A stretch of 64,000 bases of DNA from Plasmodiophora brassicae (GCA_036867785.1 CP145410.1:558001-622000), one strand, 5' to 3'. Positions 25,885 to 38,780 are shown, counted from the first letter of the stretch. Made by a program: numbers and translations. Notes: generated by a model from the letters alone, not told the origin.

Positions 25885-27002
25885 CTTGGAGGGCTCTTTG
25901 TGTTTACTCGGTCTTAGATATGTGAGCCGGCTTGCAACGTAGATTCTGGGACGGGAGCGCGACCCTCCGACTGGGTTGCTCCAAGGGTTGCTCCACCTCC
26001 AGAGCAGCCCTTTATTCGGCATTTGCCCAGGACCATCGAACCAAGACAATACAGGGTTGTCTTGTGCACGCTTTCCCGTAAGGAGCAGCACAGGTAAACG
26101 TGGGTGCGCCGGATCGTAATATTAGGGCAAGTTACTACCTAGTTGGAAGTCCGCCACGGCGTCCGTCGCGGAAGCCGTGTGAGAAGCACGAGCTACGCAT
26201 GCGGGCGCAGCAGTCTGAATGTGCTGCGCTATTGCGAGCATCGAGCTTGCGATGGACGCCGCTCATTTCCATTGCGTTCGTGCACATGTCGTTCAGCATT
26301 GAACCCATGTGCCTGTTTGCAATATGCCCTCAATTACGGTCGACTGGCTGAGCGAAATGTGAATCGCCCTGAAGCTGAATTGTCAACCACGAGGGCGACA
26401 GTGACATCGCTATGGACACTTTCACATGATTGCGAGCCGGTTTCGCATATCATTCTCGTTCGCGCGGATATTCACTTTACGTTCCTGTGTCATAACCAAA
26501 GCGTCTTGACGTCGAATGAACACGTAGTCCTATTGACGTCAGGATTGGCTTGTCTGTGACATGCCGGCGGGTGCAACCCTTCAGTGGCATGAGGACCAGA
26601 ATTTCCCCTTGATATGCAAGCTGTGGGGCGGCTCCTTCGGTCATCTGGAATTAGATCTACCTGGATGGTGGACACTGCCAGCTCCGTTACATTTTGATCC
26701 ATGCGGCTGTGGCGTATGGTCCTTCGTGACTGGCATACAGTAAACGCGGCTGTCCCGATACCCATTACAGCAGACGATCTCCGCCCGGCTACTGTAAGAG
26801 GGATGCCACATTCGTAATTTAATATACCTTTCTTGTTGTCCTCTACTTGCGCGAAGTAATACTACCTGTTTATTGTAGCGTAGCCCCCCAGTCGCACAGA
26901 CAGAACGACCCAGATGCTGGTTCCTCTGGCGGCATTACATTTCTGAATGTGAATCTACTTTATGTAGGATGGTGGCGCATTCGTTACCTGTACAGGTCGG
27001 GT

Positions 27003-29613
27003 TCAGGTACAACTGCGCTTGCATGGCCTCTGGATGATCCTATCGGAAGACGATATCTTGCGCTTAGCTGCGTTTGGCATGGCGGAACCGATCTCGCTAC
27101 GATCCGAGATCTGCGACAGGCCTGCATCGCTTTGGCTCATCGAGATGGCGTTGCGGCTGAGGTGCACTTGAATCACATTTGGCAGTTCGGTACAAGTCGT
27201 TGCTTGATGAGACAGCGGTTGGCCGCCACCGTATCCTCCTGTAGCAGTGTCGACGGTTTCATCGTCGCTCGTATGATGAGGATTAACGTCGGGTCTTGGG
27301 CCACCAATGCGAATTCCATTTGCAGCTTTGCAGTGACCTAGAGGTTGCTTAGACAAATCAAGAACGGTATATATGTCGCAACGAGTTGTACGCTCAATGA
27401 CGCTCTTGTCAAGATGAGTTCCACGGAAGTGTTCTAGCAGATTATGGGGGGATATTGGTGAATGGAGGGTGATCAGGATCTGCAACTCGAGAAGAAGTGC
27501 TACAGGTCAAGCAACACTGAGTTCACCGAAAACGAACGGTTCAGTAATGGGCCAACCGTCCATGCTCGGCCGCTCATCGGATTTATGCAGTTCGATCAGC
27601 ACTGCTGTCTTTTCTATTGCCAATCGATTCAGTTTGAGCTACAGAGTACAAGTCCTCCTATATCTCACGAGCAATGTCAGGGAAAGAAGCGATTTGAGGC
27701 GGGACGCGACGCAGATGGCGTTTCCGGATACTGCAAAGAATCTGCTTAGCCGTCTCTAGCGGTAGAAGTGGCTCGGTAGGCAAACTAGCGCTTCCAGAAT
27801 CGTCTCCAGCGCTAGCGACGGTTTTGCCAACAACAGGAAGGCAGGACTCCTCAACACCTTGAGGAACACGGCTCGGTTTAACCTTGGCGCCTGTTATAAT
27901 CCAAAGAGCGAGTCTCAGACCATGACATGGATGGGGATGATTTGACGGCTCGCAGACCTTTGGTTTCATTAGGTGCTGAGCTTCTCCACCGCTCACTACT
28001 TTGCGAAGAATTCGCTAGGTTGAGACGCCCAATATCGACGTCCGCATCTCCAGCGCTCTCCTCTACAATCACGGGGCAAGATGTGCCAGTACGTCCACTG
28101 CGACGATGACGCATTGCTCTTCGACGCCCTGTGAGACAGGTGACGCCAGCGAAGTTAAACTCCAATTGAGTCCAAACTTCAAGTTCATACCGGTCGATAT
28201 CGTAGACTCGTCATCATTCGATGAAGCGCATCCATTCGCCGAATTATCCCAGTGCCTAACCTGCGGTTAGCCTTGAAGCTGCACCCAACGTTTCGACCGA
28301 AACATACAGAGAACTCGGCGAGGCTTGAATATGATCTGACAAGGTGACTGAATTAATGTCTTCCACACACGCGCCATAGGCGGCGTATGTGGCTGCCTGG
28401 TCCTGACAGCCTGAGGAATGAATTGAGACGAATGCCATCTATAGTAAGTATCCACCGTTAAAGGGCAGCTTCTTGAAGGTTGTAGAACATGCCGTACCTC
28501 TTCGTTAACGTCTACGTTTCGAAGTTGTAACTTCAACTCATGAAACGAAGTCGCCATTGCGCCTAACGTAGTGACGTGCGGTCTCGAGAAGAATCGCAAT
28601 TCTTGTTGTGATGTAGCTCGGCGAAAGTGCTCAGGCTCGTAGTCCTACCGTCAGGTAGTAGTCATTGAGACGATACCAGATCGGTCGTTTGTTACTCTGA
28701 CCTCTGGAGTGACGTCGTCACGATACAGAAGTTTCATCGAGAAGGCGCTGTACAAAGCGTTGTTAAGCGTCACTTGGGCTTTGAACAAACCCGCTCACCG
28801 TTCTTCTGGTAGTGGCGGCAGTGTACCAGCCATGGCAATCAAACTGCGGATCACTGTGTGCGCCGTTAGTCTTAGAAAACCGTCGAACCAAACGTGGAGA
28901 GTACTCGAGCGCATCATTTGCGATATATCGTCTTTCGTTGGGACGCTCTGCGATACCTGAATGTAGGCATTAGATTTCCCGTTGACGGTACGATAAAACC
29001 GGGGGTACCTCAACGCCATCTGACTTGCGGGTCATAACGACGTCGTTGTCGTGATAGCGAATCTGGACTGAGTAATGTTAATAGCCGGACCAAGCTTGGA
29101 ATATTCATGGATCGCGGAACCTACAATTGTACGTCTCGATGAGATGGAAACCTGGGTTGCTTCCTTCCTGTTGAAACATGCCGTAGATGGTGAATACCGC
29201 CTCTACAGCAGAATCAGGTCGTCGTCGTCGTCCACTTCTACAGACGATATACCTTCAAGATATCTGCAACCTACAGATGAGTGATGGCATTACAATATGC
29301 AATAAAGTGTGACCTTTTTTCTAGTGAGGGAAGGCACCCTTGGTCTATCCAGTCAATCATACGACGTGGCTCTGGTTGATCAGGCTGAAGGGTATGCACA
29401 ATGACATCCTGAATCCGCTGTCTTTTGAAGCATGGTTCAGGAAACAGTGCCCGCGTGTATGCGATACATGACTAAACATATGTGAGAACTGCCAAGCCCC
29501 ACCCCGAGGACAGAACTGCGGACCAGGCCACACCGCAGCAGGTTCTTCACCAGGTTCGTTGACTGACGGAAACTGATCTGTTCCTCGACCTTCTGACGCA
29601 TCGACGTCGCCAT
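27003..29613 (-). CDS. HOP1: Meiotic HORMA-domain axis protein (Hop1/ASY1/HORMAD-like)
   Basis: QSTNLVKNLLRCGL|SCIAYTRALFPEPCF..MIDWIDQGCLPSLEK; TLPPLPEER, MKLLYRDDVTPE|DYEPEHF; C-terminus KRKISSSDRIIQRPCKR resembling a closure motif. Confidence 0.85.
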
Positions 29614-29853
29614 GTGTCCACCACCCACGCCCTCCTTGACCAACACGCCCAAATCCAAAATGACCGATCCATCCATCAACTGCACACTCAGCTACGTGGC
29701 ACTTCACCGCGCGTTACATGTCGTTAGGCGTCACACGGATGTCTGCCGGCACCGGCGGGAACGTTCCAAAATCGGTCACAGGACGTTCTTGGGACTGCCG
29801 TCATTACGCAGAGTATACACACCTTTGAGCAACAAATATAATGGCAAGTTGAT

Positions 29854-31075
29854 CTAGTAAACGAGGACTTCTGCCTGTTGTCGCTCGAACGCGTCCTCGG
29901 CTTTACGGCAGTCCCTCTTGAACTTGTGAACGAGCTTCTTCAGGTTATGCCGATTATCGTCGCACATAGGAGACGCCATCCAATTGATCGGCCTTTCTGA
30001 CGGTCGGAATGACAGGCGATCATTGTAGCCCACGCTGATACTGCGATTACTCCCATCGATATACAGTCGGGCGTTGGTCATCCGTGGAATCAATTCGAAA
30101 TCCGATTCGAATAGCCTGAGAGCGAAATGAGTATGTGACAGGTCAGTGATATCAGCGTCGATCCGACATACCCTCCAAGGATGGGCAATCCTGAGCCTAT
30201 AACGGACGGCGGGAAAAGCTCCCTGACACGAAATTGCAGTAACCGAGACGACCACGGCTGGATACAACCGCCAGCCGACAGGATTCCAGCCGTCGACCCA
30301 GCAGGAGTTGATATCCAGACGCCACTGCTCTTTTGCACTTGCTCATGCCCGCCTCTTCTCACAGTGTAGCTGTGTAAACCCACGTCATATTAGACTGGAT
30401 CCTGAATAGCAATTTGCGGCCCATGCTGACTAAAGTGTGGTCGCAGCGCTTGATGCTGCAAACAGGGCATCATTGAGAACCAGGATGGGTTGTTTCTCAC
30501 CGTTCAGCAGGATTCGCATTCTCCACAGTGGGCGCGGCTCGACTTCGCTGCGTTCCAGTCGTTCGAACAGGCTCGGGAATGATCTCGCAGTCGCAGCACA
30601 ATAGAATCCAAAACTGGATTCGGGCGACGAACTGAAAGAGAGTTAGCGATACGGCGTGTATAACCAGCGGTACTGACTTGATGCCAAGCAGGGGCGTTGT
30701 TTCCAGATCGTTAAACGAATGTGAAGCACGCAGAAATGTGCCATCGCCACCAATGGACAGGACCAGATGCGCCCACTCGATATCGTCCCTCGACAGCGTC
30801 TCTTTCAAGCGGATCGAGACGCGTCGCGATGCGAGATATGAGCAGACGAGGTCAGTCGCCTCCTGGTGTGCCTCGTGCGCCGCGCCCACGCGGGCATCGC
30901 GGACGGCCTCCATCCTGGAATGGCCCTTGGCCAGGACCTCGCCCGACATCCTCAGCTTCTCCAGGAACGTCACCTACGCAACGTGGTGGCCTCAGACACC
31001 CGGCAGCATCCCCATGGCGCGTGCCGGGCATACCTTGCGCAGGATGGCGCATCTTGTGATGGGCGCGCCGACCAT
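29854..31075 (-). CDS. NAD kinase (NADK2-like)
   Basis: SIGGDGTFLRAS, VLNDAL, QKSSGVWISTPAGSTAGILSAGG, LQFRVRE, LYIDG. Confidence 0.88.
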
Positions 31076-31466
31076 ATCCCACGACGACGACGATTACTGC
31101 GGCCGGCACCACCGCGTCGGATCCGACGACCCCGGAACGGCTGCTCCCACCGGAACCGAAATTCCCAGTGCGACGCCTGGCATTGTTTCTTTCGTGACGC
31201 CACTGGAATCGACAGGTCCCGTACACCGCTGGCACCACGTCTGACCGTTTGCAATTCGACTCGCTGCAGCAACCACGCCTGCGCGGGTCTCCAGGCGACG
31301 ACCTCCACGGGTGATCCGATCGGTACGTAGAGCGGCCGGCACAGTTCAGTGTTGTTTAGTTCGTGGTCGTGCTGGTAGTGCGAGTCGCAAGTGTACTGGG
31401 GATTTGGGTTGGCGGCTGGTTGGCGTTGTGGAACGCCATTCGCATTTATTGCGGTAGGTCGCGGCG

Positions 31467-32207
31467 ATGCTCAAGACGGGCGGGAAGGATTCCGGGTTCG
31501 GCGAGGCGGCGCAGCAGCAGGCGTCGGCGGCGCTGGCGTCTGCTGCCGATGACCTGATGGCACGACATGCACAGATGCAGGCCATGGAGCGGAAGAAGGC
31601 GGCGGCGGCGGCCAGGACCCGGGGTCCCGGGGAGCGAGTCGCGACGGCCGCGAAGGCGTCCAAAGACGAGGGCGAGGCCGACGACGACGACGACGATGAT
31701 GATAAGGAGGATGAGGAGGTGTGGTTGGATGCGATGCGGGAGAAGCGCCTGGCTGCGATTCAGAAGGCGTGTGCTCAGCGCCAGAGCCGACTGAGGACGG
31801 GCGATGGCGAGTACAAGCACATTGTCGAATGCGATTTCTTGAAAGAGGTGACTGGGGCCGAGCGTGTTGTCTGTCACTTCTTCCATCGCGATTTCGAACG
31901 GTGCAAGATCATGGACATGCACCTGGCCAGGCTGGCCGCTGAGCACGACGACACGAAATTCATCAAGATCGACGCCGAGAAGGCACCGTTCTTCGTGCAG
32001 AAACTGGCGATCCGCGTCCTGCCCACCCTTGTCATCTTCAACGATGGCGTCGCCGTCGATCGCATCATTGGATTCAACGATGTCGGCAACAAGGACGATT
32101 TTGCAACAGGGGTGCTCGAGAAGCGATTGATTCGCGCCGGTGCGATCTTCGACGAGGAAGCAGAGAGACGGTCTCGCAAAGCGAAACCCGTCAAGACGTT
32201 ACTATGA
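31467..32207 (+). CDS. TXNDC9: Phosducin-like thioredoxin-fold protein (TXNDC9/PLP3), intronless
   Basis: VVCHFFHRDFERCKIMDMHL, TKFIKIDAEKAPFFVQKLAIRVLPTL, DRIIGFNDVGNKDDF. Confidence 0.92.
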   Translation: MLKTGGKDSGFGEAAQQQASAALASAADDLMARHAQMQAMERKKAAAAARTRGPGERVATAAKASKDEGEADDDDDDDDKEDEEVWLDAMREKRLAAIQKACAQRQSRLRTGDGEYKHIVECDFLKEVTGAERVVCHFFHRDFERCKIMDMHLARLAAEHDDTKFIKIDAEKAPFFVQKLAIRVLPTLVIFNDGVAVDRIIGFNDVGNKDDFATGVLEKRLIRAGAIFDEEAERRSRKAKPVKTLL

Positions 32208-32268
32208 GGAAGCCACTTTGTATGCCTTAATGTACAATATGGGCTGCGATGACGTTTCACGGCAGCAT

Positions 32269-33993
32269 TCACTTGCCGTACCTTTCATCCCAGAACCAGA
32301 GCTGTATATGACACATGTGTTCAACCCCTAGGTAGTTACATCTCTCTCTCTCTCCGCACAACGAGAACGTACGTTTGCTGCCCATTTCGTGCCTTCGATG
32401 ACTGGGCATCCCCCATGCAACGCGGACTGGTCGAGGTTGCCATCAGGTCGCATGCTGAAGAACAAGACGGCGCGCCCTTTCTTGGGCTGAATACTCGGCG
32501 TATGAGTGCATTTCGTACCCAGCGCTTGCAGCCGTTACCTGGATCTTCATGGCACTGGACGAATTGGGGCACCCGTTCTCAATGAACGTGCTATGTGCTC
32601 GAGGGAAGACCGTCTCGCCTCCATGGGCAACTGTTCATGCATGGTGAGTTGCACGCCGGGAGGCAGCAGCTTGTTACTGACCATCGTTCAAGTACAGAAG
32701 CAATGTGGCGTACCGGTTGTGACCGGACTGAACGTGGCGGCTGTACCGTGTTGTTGCGGGCAGGAAGTAATCGTCCTGGCTATCATTTCAGGGTAGGTGC
32801 ATGCAACCGTCGTTGATTTCACTGACATGTGGCTGATCTGCAACACAGGCGAACATCAATTCGACCTGGCGCTACAGTACCAATCATGGGCTACTGACAT
32901 TCTTGAGAGACATCATAGCGAAGCACTTGCATGTCTTCACAATGCTGCCTCCAGCGGTCCGCATCGAAAGGGATTTTCAGAAGATCAAAGGCGCGAATGA
33001 AAACGTTCTCGACAATGTTGGATGCTGTGGCGGACAGCCAGGTATTTGTCGACGTCCTCTCGTCGCTGACAACTACAGGTGACGATGCGCCGAACCAAGA
33101 TGTGCTGACAGTTGTTGACTTCACCAGGGACCTTGCTCGTACGGTTAGGACATGGGTTGGCATCGCTGTCGACGGGACCCACCTGTGCATTCCTCTAGAA
33201 GCCGCCAAATGGACGATATGGTCGCACTCGTCAGCGCTAAGAAAGTCCTCGATAACGAATACACGAGGCGCAACGGATTGGGTGACCATTTTCTGAACCC
33301 GCCTTCGTAACGGGGATAGTCCACCAGCCACCTCCACCTCGTGTTCGTGACCGATGGCAAATGGATCAGGTATCCATCTGGTTACAGGCCCACGTGGATG
33401 GACGTTTATCCAAGGAATGCTATGCTTCTGAGACGATAACTGATGAGACTCGGAAAGCCAGAGAACGCTCAACGTCTGACCTTGTAGTACTCTTCATACC
33501 ACGATGGACTGGCGAGGGAGTAAACGAAGTTGGGCGCGTTCTTCTCGATGAAAAACGACTTCACGGTTACTTGGGTGGAGGGCGCTCGCCAACTCCCTGT
33601 TGAGTACGCATTAGGAATGGGTATACAAACCGGCCAGATGTGGAGCGGACACTGATGGCCGACCCAAGTCGAAAACTCCATGTCGCGACCCGAAGCAACT
33701 GACGCCATCCGGATATCCTGTCCGCCAGGACCGCGATAGTATAGGTCCAGTGTTTCGTTGTGCACATTGTAGAATGTCATGACGACTTCCGTGTGCCCTG
33801 CCGAGATCGCAGAGGAACGCTCCGTATGAGACCGAATGTATCGCTGTCGTTAAACGAGGATTACGCGAATGCGATGGACGCCACTACACAGACAAACCTG
33901 CGCTGTATGGAATCGTGCATCGCGATCAACGCCAATAACGAAGGCAGCAACCAGCGCCGCAACAGCACTACTCGAGAAAACGGCAAGACGCAT
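32269..33993 (-). CDS. Signal/anchor + VHL-beta-like domain + prolyl 4-hydroxylase, copy 1
   Basis: MRLAVFSSSAVAALVAAFVIG; TFYNVHNETLDLYY...FSTWVGHQW; P4H motifs PRVFVIEDFLSADECDHI, RTSTNTW, MQVLRY, EYQPH|DDYF, NRYATLLLYLND, GGETVFP, LHGGCPVIEGTKWAAN|LWFW. Confidence 0.88.
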
Positions 33994-34093
33994 CGCGATA
34001 CCGGGGGCACGTGTCAGATATCTACCAAAAGGAGAGACGAACCTGATTACGATCTGATCAAAAGAGTTGCTTTAGTAAAGAGTAGAAATGAGA

Positions 34094-35485
34094 TCAGTTG
34101 GAAACGGCGGTGATCTTGCCAAGCATGACGGCCGAGTTACCGTCCAGGAAGGCAATTCGGGACAGACCCTCGCAGTTCTTGAAGGTGTCGACAACGAGCG
34201 GCTGGATGGGCTGGAAGACAACCTCGGCAGCCTCGTTGGCCTTCAGGGCGTGCGGGTCGTCGAGCTTCTTCTTACCGGTCTCCTTGCCGATCTTCCAGTT
34301 CAGCTTGGTGATCTTGCAAGCCGAGCGACCACATCGGACGAAGCCGATGGGCGTGTATCCGCACTTGATCTCTCCGGGAATGTCGAGCGTCTGGACCTGG
34401 GCGGTGAACTCCTTGACCGGCTTCAGGCCAGTGTCGTTCGCCAGGATCATGACGTCACCGACGCGGGGCATACGCTCCGACTTCAGGCCCTTGATGTTCA
34501 TACCGACGTTGTCACCAGTGCAGGCCTTCTCGACACGCTTGTGGTGCATTTCGACAGTGAAGACGGTGCCCTTGCACGGGTCGTTGGCCGTGTGGGTCGG
34601 CATGAAGATGACTTCCTGCTTAGGCAGGACGACACCCTGCTCGACACGCCCAGCAAGAACATCACCGATACCCTTGATCTTGTAGATACCGGAGATCGGG
34701 AGACGCAGAGGAGCGTCGTTCTTGCGGTCAGGCAGACCGCAGAAGTCGTTCAGGGCCTCCAGCAGCGTGTTGATGTGATGCTCCTTGCCGTTCGCGTCAA
34801 CAACCTTAACGCCGTTCCACCAGGACATCTTGTCGGACTTCTTGACAAGGTTGTCACCCATCCAGCCCGAGATCGGCAGGACCGGGACACACTTCTCGAC
34901 GAACTCCTTCTTCCAGCCGACCTTGACAAGCATGTTCCTCATCTCGTCGGCGATTTCCTGGTATCGCTCCTTCTTGTAGCCGGCCAAATCCGTGTCCATC
35001 TTGTTGATACCGACGATGAGCTGCTTGACACCGAGCAGGTTGATCAGACGGGCGTGCTGGCGCGTCTGACCCTGGATCTCACCAGCCTTGCGGTTACCCT
35101 TGGCAATAGAGACAGTGAAGTTGGCGTCGGCCGGCACCATCAGCAGGGCGACGTCGGCCTGGGCGGCACCGGAGATCATGTTCTTGATGAAGTCACGGTG
35201 ACCGGGGGCGTCGATGATCGTGTAGTGCCACTTGTCGGTGAAGAACTCCTTCGTCGTGCAGGCGATCGTGATACCACGCTCACGCTCGTCCTTCTGTCGG
35301 TCCATGTAGAAAGCGAACGCGAACGACGACTTGCCGAGGACTTCGGCCTCCTGCTTCAGCTTCTCCATTTCACGTTCCGGGATACCACCCAGCTCGAACA
35401 GCAGGCGGCCGGTCGTGGTCGACTTGCCGGAGTCGACATGACCGCAGATGACGATCGACAGGTGGGTCTTTCCCTCGGTGGCCAT
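34094..35485 (-). CDS. EFL: Elongation factor-like GTPase (EFL), intronless
   Basis: KTHLSIVICGHVDSGKSTTTGRLLFELGGIPERE, GKSSFAFAFYMDRQK, ACTTKEFFTDKWHYTIIDAPGH, GEIQGQTRQHA are EFL-type rather than EF-1alpha-type; ATG at 35485. Confidence 0.95.
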   Translation of the reverse strand: MATEGKTHLSIVICGHVDSGKSTTTGRLLFELGGIPEREMEKLKQEAEVLGKSSFAFAFYMDRQKDERERGITIACTTKEFFTDKWHYTIIDAPGHRDFIKNMISGAAQADVALLMVPADANFTVSIAKGNRKAGEIQGQTRQHARLINLLGVKQLIVGINKMDTDLAGYKKERYQEIADEMRNMLVKVGWKKEFVEKCVPVLPISGWMGDNLVKKSDKMSWWNGVKVVDANGKEHHINTLLEALNDFCGLPDRKNDAPLRLPISGIYKIKGIGDVLAGRVEQGVVLPKQEVIFMPTHTANDPCKGTVFTVEMHHKRVEKACTGDNVGMNIKGLKSERMPRVGDVMILANDTGLKPVKEFTAQVQTLDIPGEIKCGYTPIGFVRCGRSACKITKLNWKIGKETGKKKLDDPHALKANEAAEVVFQPIQPLVVDTFKNCEGLSRIAFLDGNSAVMLGKITAVSN

Positions 35486-36037
35486 CGCTGTTGTTGGTCG
35501 AGCGTCTCCCACACCAATCCGCACGCAAACGCGAAATGATTCGCCGCGGACTGCCGTGGCGGCCTTGGCCGAGCGGCAAAAATTTGCGCGGCGGAGACAG
35601 ACCACGGACAGCAGGCAGCTCGGGACGAGTAAACAGGCGTTTTGTCAGGTAAACCGCTCGGATTCACGCAGTCCGGGCTCCGGTCGGAAGTTTCTCTGTA
35701 CTCCAAAAAAGTCTAGAAATAATTCTACGACGACGAGCCCTAGTATATCGCACACTGGGGCAGCTGCGCATCACGAACGATGCTTCTCAGGTGCTCGTGA
35801 ACGGCTCGCAGTCATGAAGCACGGTAGCGCCTGGTGCCGATCTCCGATGGGCCAGTAAATACTCGACAGAGATTTCGTACGTATTGTGCACTGTGATAGG
35901 ACAACGGTGGTTCGGGAGGGCCCGGGTCGGATCGAGATGTGCAAAGCCACAGCGCACCAATCCGCATCCCGATCCCGATCCGCGTGATATTCCGCCGTAC
36001 GGGCGCGGCGCTCCCAAGAGGCCCGGCTCGCGCGCCC

Positions 36038-36880
36038 ATGTCGGCCCTGCGCGTCACCCGGATCTTGTGGATAGCGGATTTATGGGCCGCCACCATAACG
36101 CCCAACGATACGCTACTACTGGGCACCCCGCCGCTAGAGTTTCGTAGAGCCAGGTGCGCTCCCGGGGGTATGTGCAGGATGCCGCAGGGTGACAGGTGCA
36201 CGTTGATAGTATTGTCGGTGTCGTTATTCGCTGCTGGGAATTCGAGCCTAATCCCGGAACAATCATCTACGTTGTGGATGATGGGACGGGGCTGTTCGAC
36301 GTTGCCGTTACGCCATACCAGTTGCAATATCGGGACACTAAACCGAGCGTTGGCGATATTGTCGATTTCTCGGGCTATATTGTGGCTAACGGCAACCATC
36401 GGCATCTTGAGTGTTCTGGGTTAGTGTCGACTCTATGATGGTCGTTGTATCATTGCGAGCCCCCACAGGTTTGATATCAAGCACGACCCAATGGAGGAGG
36501 TCTGTCGATGGTTCCAAATAGATCTGCTGTCCGTCGAATTGCCTGGCCGGTATTCCCTGTGATGTGACGATTGACGCAACCGCATGTGCTCAGGTACCGC
36601 ACTGTTTATTTCAAAGTGTCAGAGAACACGTCAGCGCCCGCCACAGCTGATGACGTGTTCGACTGTATAAGTCGCTCCCCCACGGCCGTCTCGGTATCCG
36701 ACATCGTGGAGCAGTTGCGATCCACTCCTGCCGTCATACAGGGATGCATTATGACGGTTACTGGTGTGCATGATATTGTGGTGGTTACCAGTATTGACAC
36801 TGCGGCAGTTACTGACTCAAGGGCGGATTAACGAGGTGGGCAGGACTCAATTGTTCACGGCCGCCGTGCCCAGTAAATGA
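36038..36880 (+). CDS. STN1/RPA32-like OB-fold plus winged-helix protein (4 exons)
   Basis: Spliced: EFRRAS|IVGVVIRC..YVVDDGTG..SVGDIVDFSGYI..G|FDIKHDPMEEVCRW..DLL|YRTVY..DDVFDCISRS..VSVSDIVEQL..IQGCI..QLLTQGRINEV; DDGTG and DPxxE..W are STN1/RPA2 hallmarks. Confidence 0.7.
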
Positions 36881-36981
36881 ATATTCCAATTGAGACGAGG
36901 GGATGTCTCAGGCTCCATAGATCCGATGAGGTTGGCAGGCACGCGCCTCCTAGCGTAGTGCAGGTCCAGAAACGTTTCTGC

Positions 36982-38780
36982 ATGGCCATGTCATCGACAC
37001 CTCGTCCGGCGCCAAACGGTGTCGATGTAAAGGCGGCCACCCGATTACAACTGGTGTGCACTCGGCGAAACCTAAACTGGACCGATGCGGTGCCGATCGT
37101 CGACGTTCGAAACGGCCTGCTGCGCACGTCGTCTGCGTTCATCATGTGCTCGCACACGTACTATTCGGAACCGACCTGCCCAGACGAGTTCAGCGTCCGA
37201 TTCTGCTCTGTGCCGGACGATGACGTTCTGCAATTGGTCGACACGACCCAACTGGGTGCCACGATTCCCACTCCCTGGTGCGCACTGACAGCCGACCGTC
37301 TGTTGTTGATAAGTCTGACAGCGTCCCAAGGTTGCACAAGGACGTTCTGGAGGCATTTATGGAGTACCAGCGGGAGCGCCTTGCCGATCTGTCTGAAGTC
37401 GACGTTCCCGACGCATGCAGGATCGCAGGTATCAACGCGGGGATCGCGGCGCTTGCCCAGGTTGAACCAATGCTGATCAATGTCAACTGGGAGCGGAAAA
37501 GCCCAGCTCCTGCGTCCTGGACGTCAGCATTAGGACCCTGGTCATTGTACCGAGGCTCCTTGGGTGCAACTCGTATTCTGGTTTGCTCTCGGGAAACAGA
37601 ATCTCGACCTGACGTCTTCGCCATCTTCCTCGACCTTGCTGCTAAGGTAGGCCTGCCTGCCTGGCTGGTTTGGTTTGCCTAATTGTGGTTGATGGTCTGC
37701 GCCCTAGTCGGCCGTTCTGCTGCCCGCTGACCTTACGTCCGAGGCGCTCATGTTTGCATCGCAATACGATGACGACCCGAGTCATGTGTTCGCTCCTGAT
37801 GCAGCACCTGCTAAAGAGTCGCCGAAAGCCGACGTCGTTAACCCTCTGCAACGCCCATCGCTGCTTCGGCGCTCGACACGGTTCGACTTCGCTGTCATTC
37901 CGGAACAGGCGCCGTCGATTGGCGGCGACACCCTTGCTGAAGAAGCTCACGAGAATCCGACGCGCGATACGCGTACAGCCGTTGGAGTAACGAGTTCGCC
38001 GATCACAGAAGTCGTCGCAGCATCGCCCGTCTCGCCCACAGACAAGGAGCCGGTGGGGGAGGACTTGAACGCCGGCGGGCACCATCAACTGTTCTCCAAG
38101 CACGGTGGACGGAAGTGCCACTACTGCCGCACGTCGCTTGTCGACCACAACCTGCATATCTGTGGCTGGTGCAACAGTGCGTTCTACTGCTCGACCAAGT
38201 GCCTGAATGCCGACTGGAACCTGGGCCTACATCAGTACCTGTGCAAAGGTACCGTGTCAGCATCGATGCTTCCTGAGGGTTTCGTTCTAAGCGGTGGTTC
38301 CAGGGTTCGATCGTTCCGACGACCACATGATGCCGTCGTTCCTTAAGCCGTACGCGAACGCATTGAAGGACTTGGGACCAAGCGCTAGAGAAATTGTACG
38401 TCTCAAATCGTCTGAAGTCATCCGAGGTTTGATCTGCCGTATGGGTTCAGTTTATGACGACTGGTGGTCGTGGGTTCTACTTGATTGACGCTCGCGGGGC
38501 GCCCCGTATCGATGTCAAGAACAGCCCCTGGGTCCCACAATCGGAACTGTTTTCCCATACGCTGGTCGCGTACTTCGCCAAGATCAACGCCGCCTCCATC
38601 GAGGACATGCTGGCGAGCTATTGCCCGCTGGTCGACTTCGTTGTCATGCTCAGGACGCCGACCATGCTGACGTTGCACATGGTCGCCATCCGCGACGTGC
38701 CCCACAACTCGAAGGATGCCGTCTGTTGCTGTCGCAATTGCATCGCGTCAGGAACCCTCGACAGCTACCTTGGCAAATGA
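36982..38780 (+). CDS. MYND zinc-finger protein (multi-exon)
   Basis: CHYC..LHICGWCNSAFYCSTKCLNADWNLGLHQYLC; remainder unrecognised. Confidence 0.7.

Noticed and set aside
26100-27000. Possible gene between MscL and HOP1
   Set aside because: Only short ORFs; no coherent spliced product could be built.
32401-32420. Apparent frameshift in P4H copy 1 at LHGGCP
   Set aside because: Recount gives five Gs (CAT GGG GGA TGC); the frame is intact.
32269-35485. Idea that the adjacent P4H hydroxylates EFL, as some bacterial P4Hs do to EF-Tu
   Set aside because: The EFL switch-I region (MDRQKDERERGITI) lacks the target Pro, and the P4Hs have secretory-type N-termini.
34088-35539. 483-aa plus-strand ORF
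   Set aside because: Antisense shadow of the codon-biased EFL gene; no independent motifs.
35812-36405. 197-aa minus-strand ORF
   Set aside because: Overlaps the better-supported spliced STN1-like gene on the plus strand.
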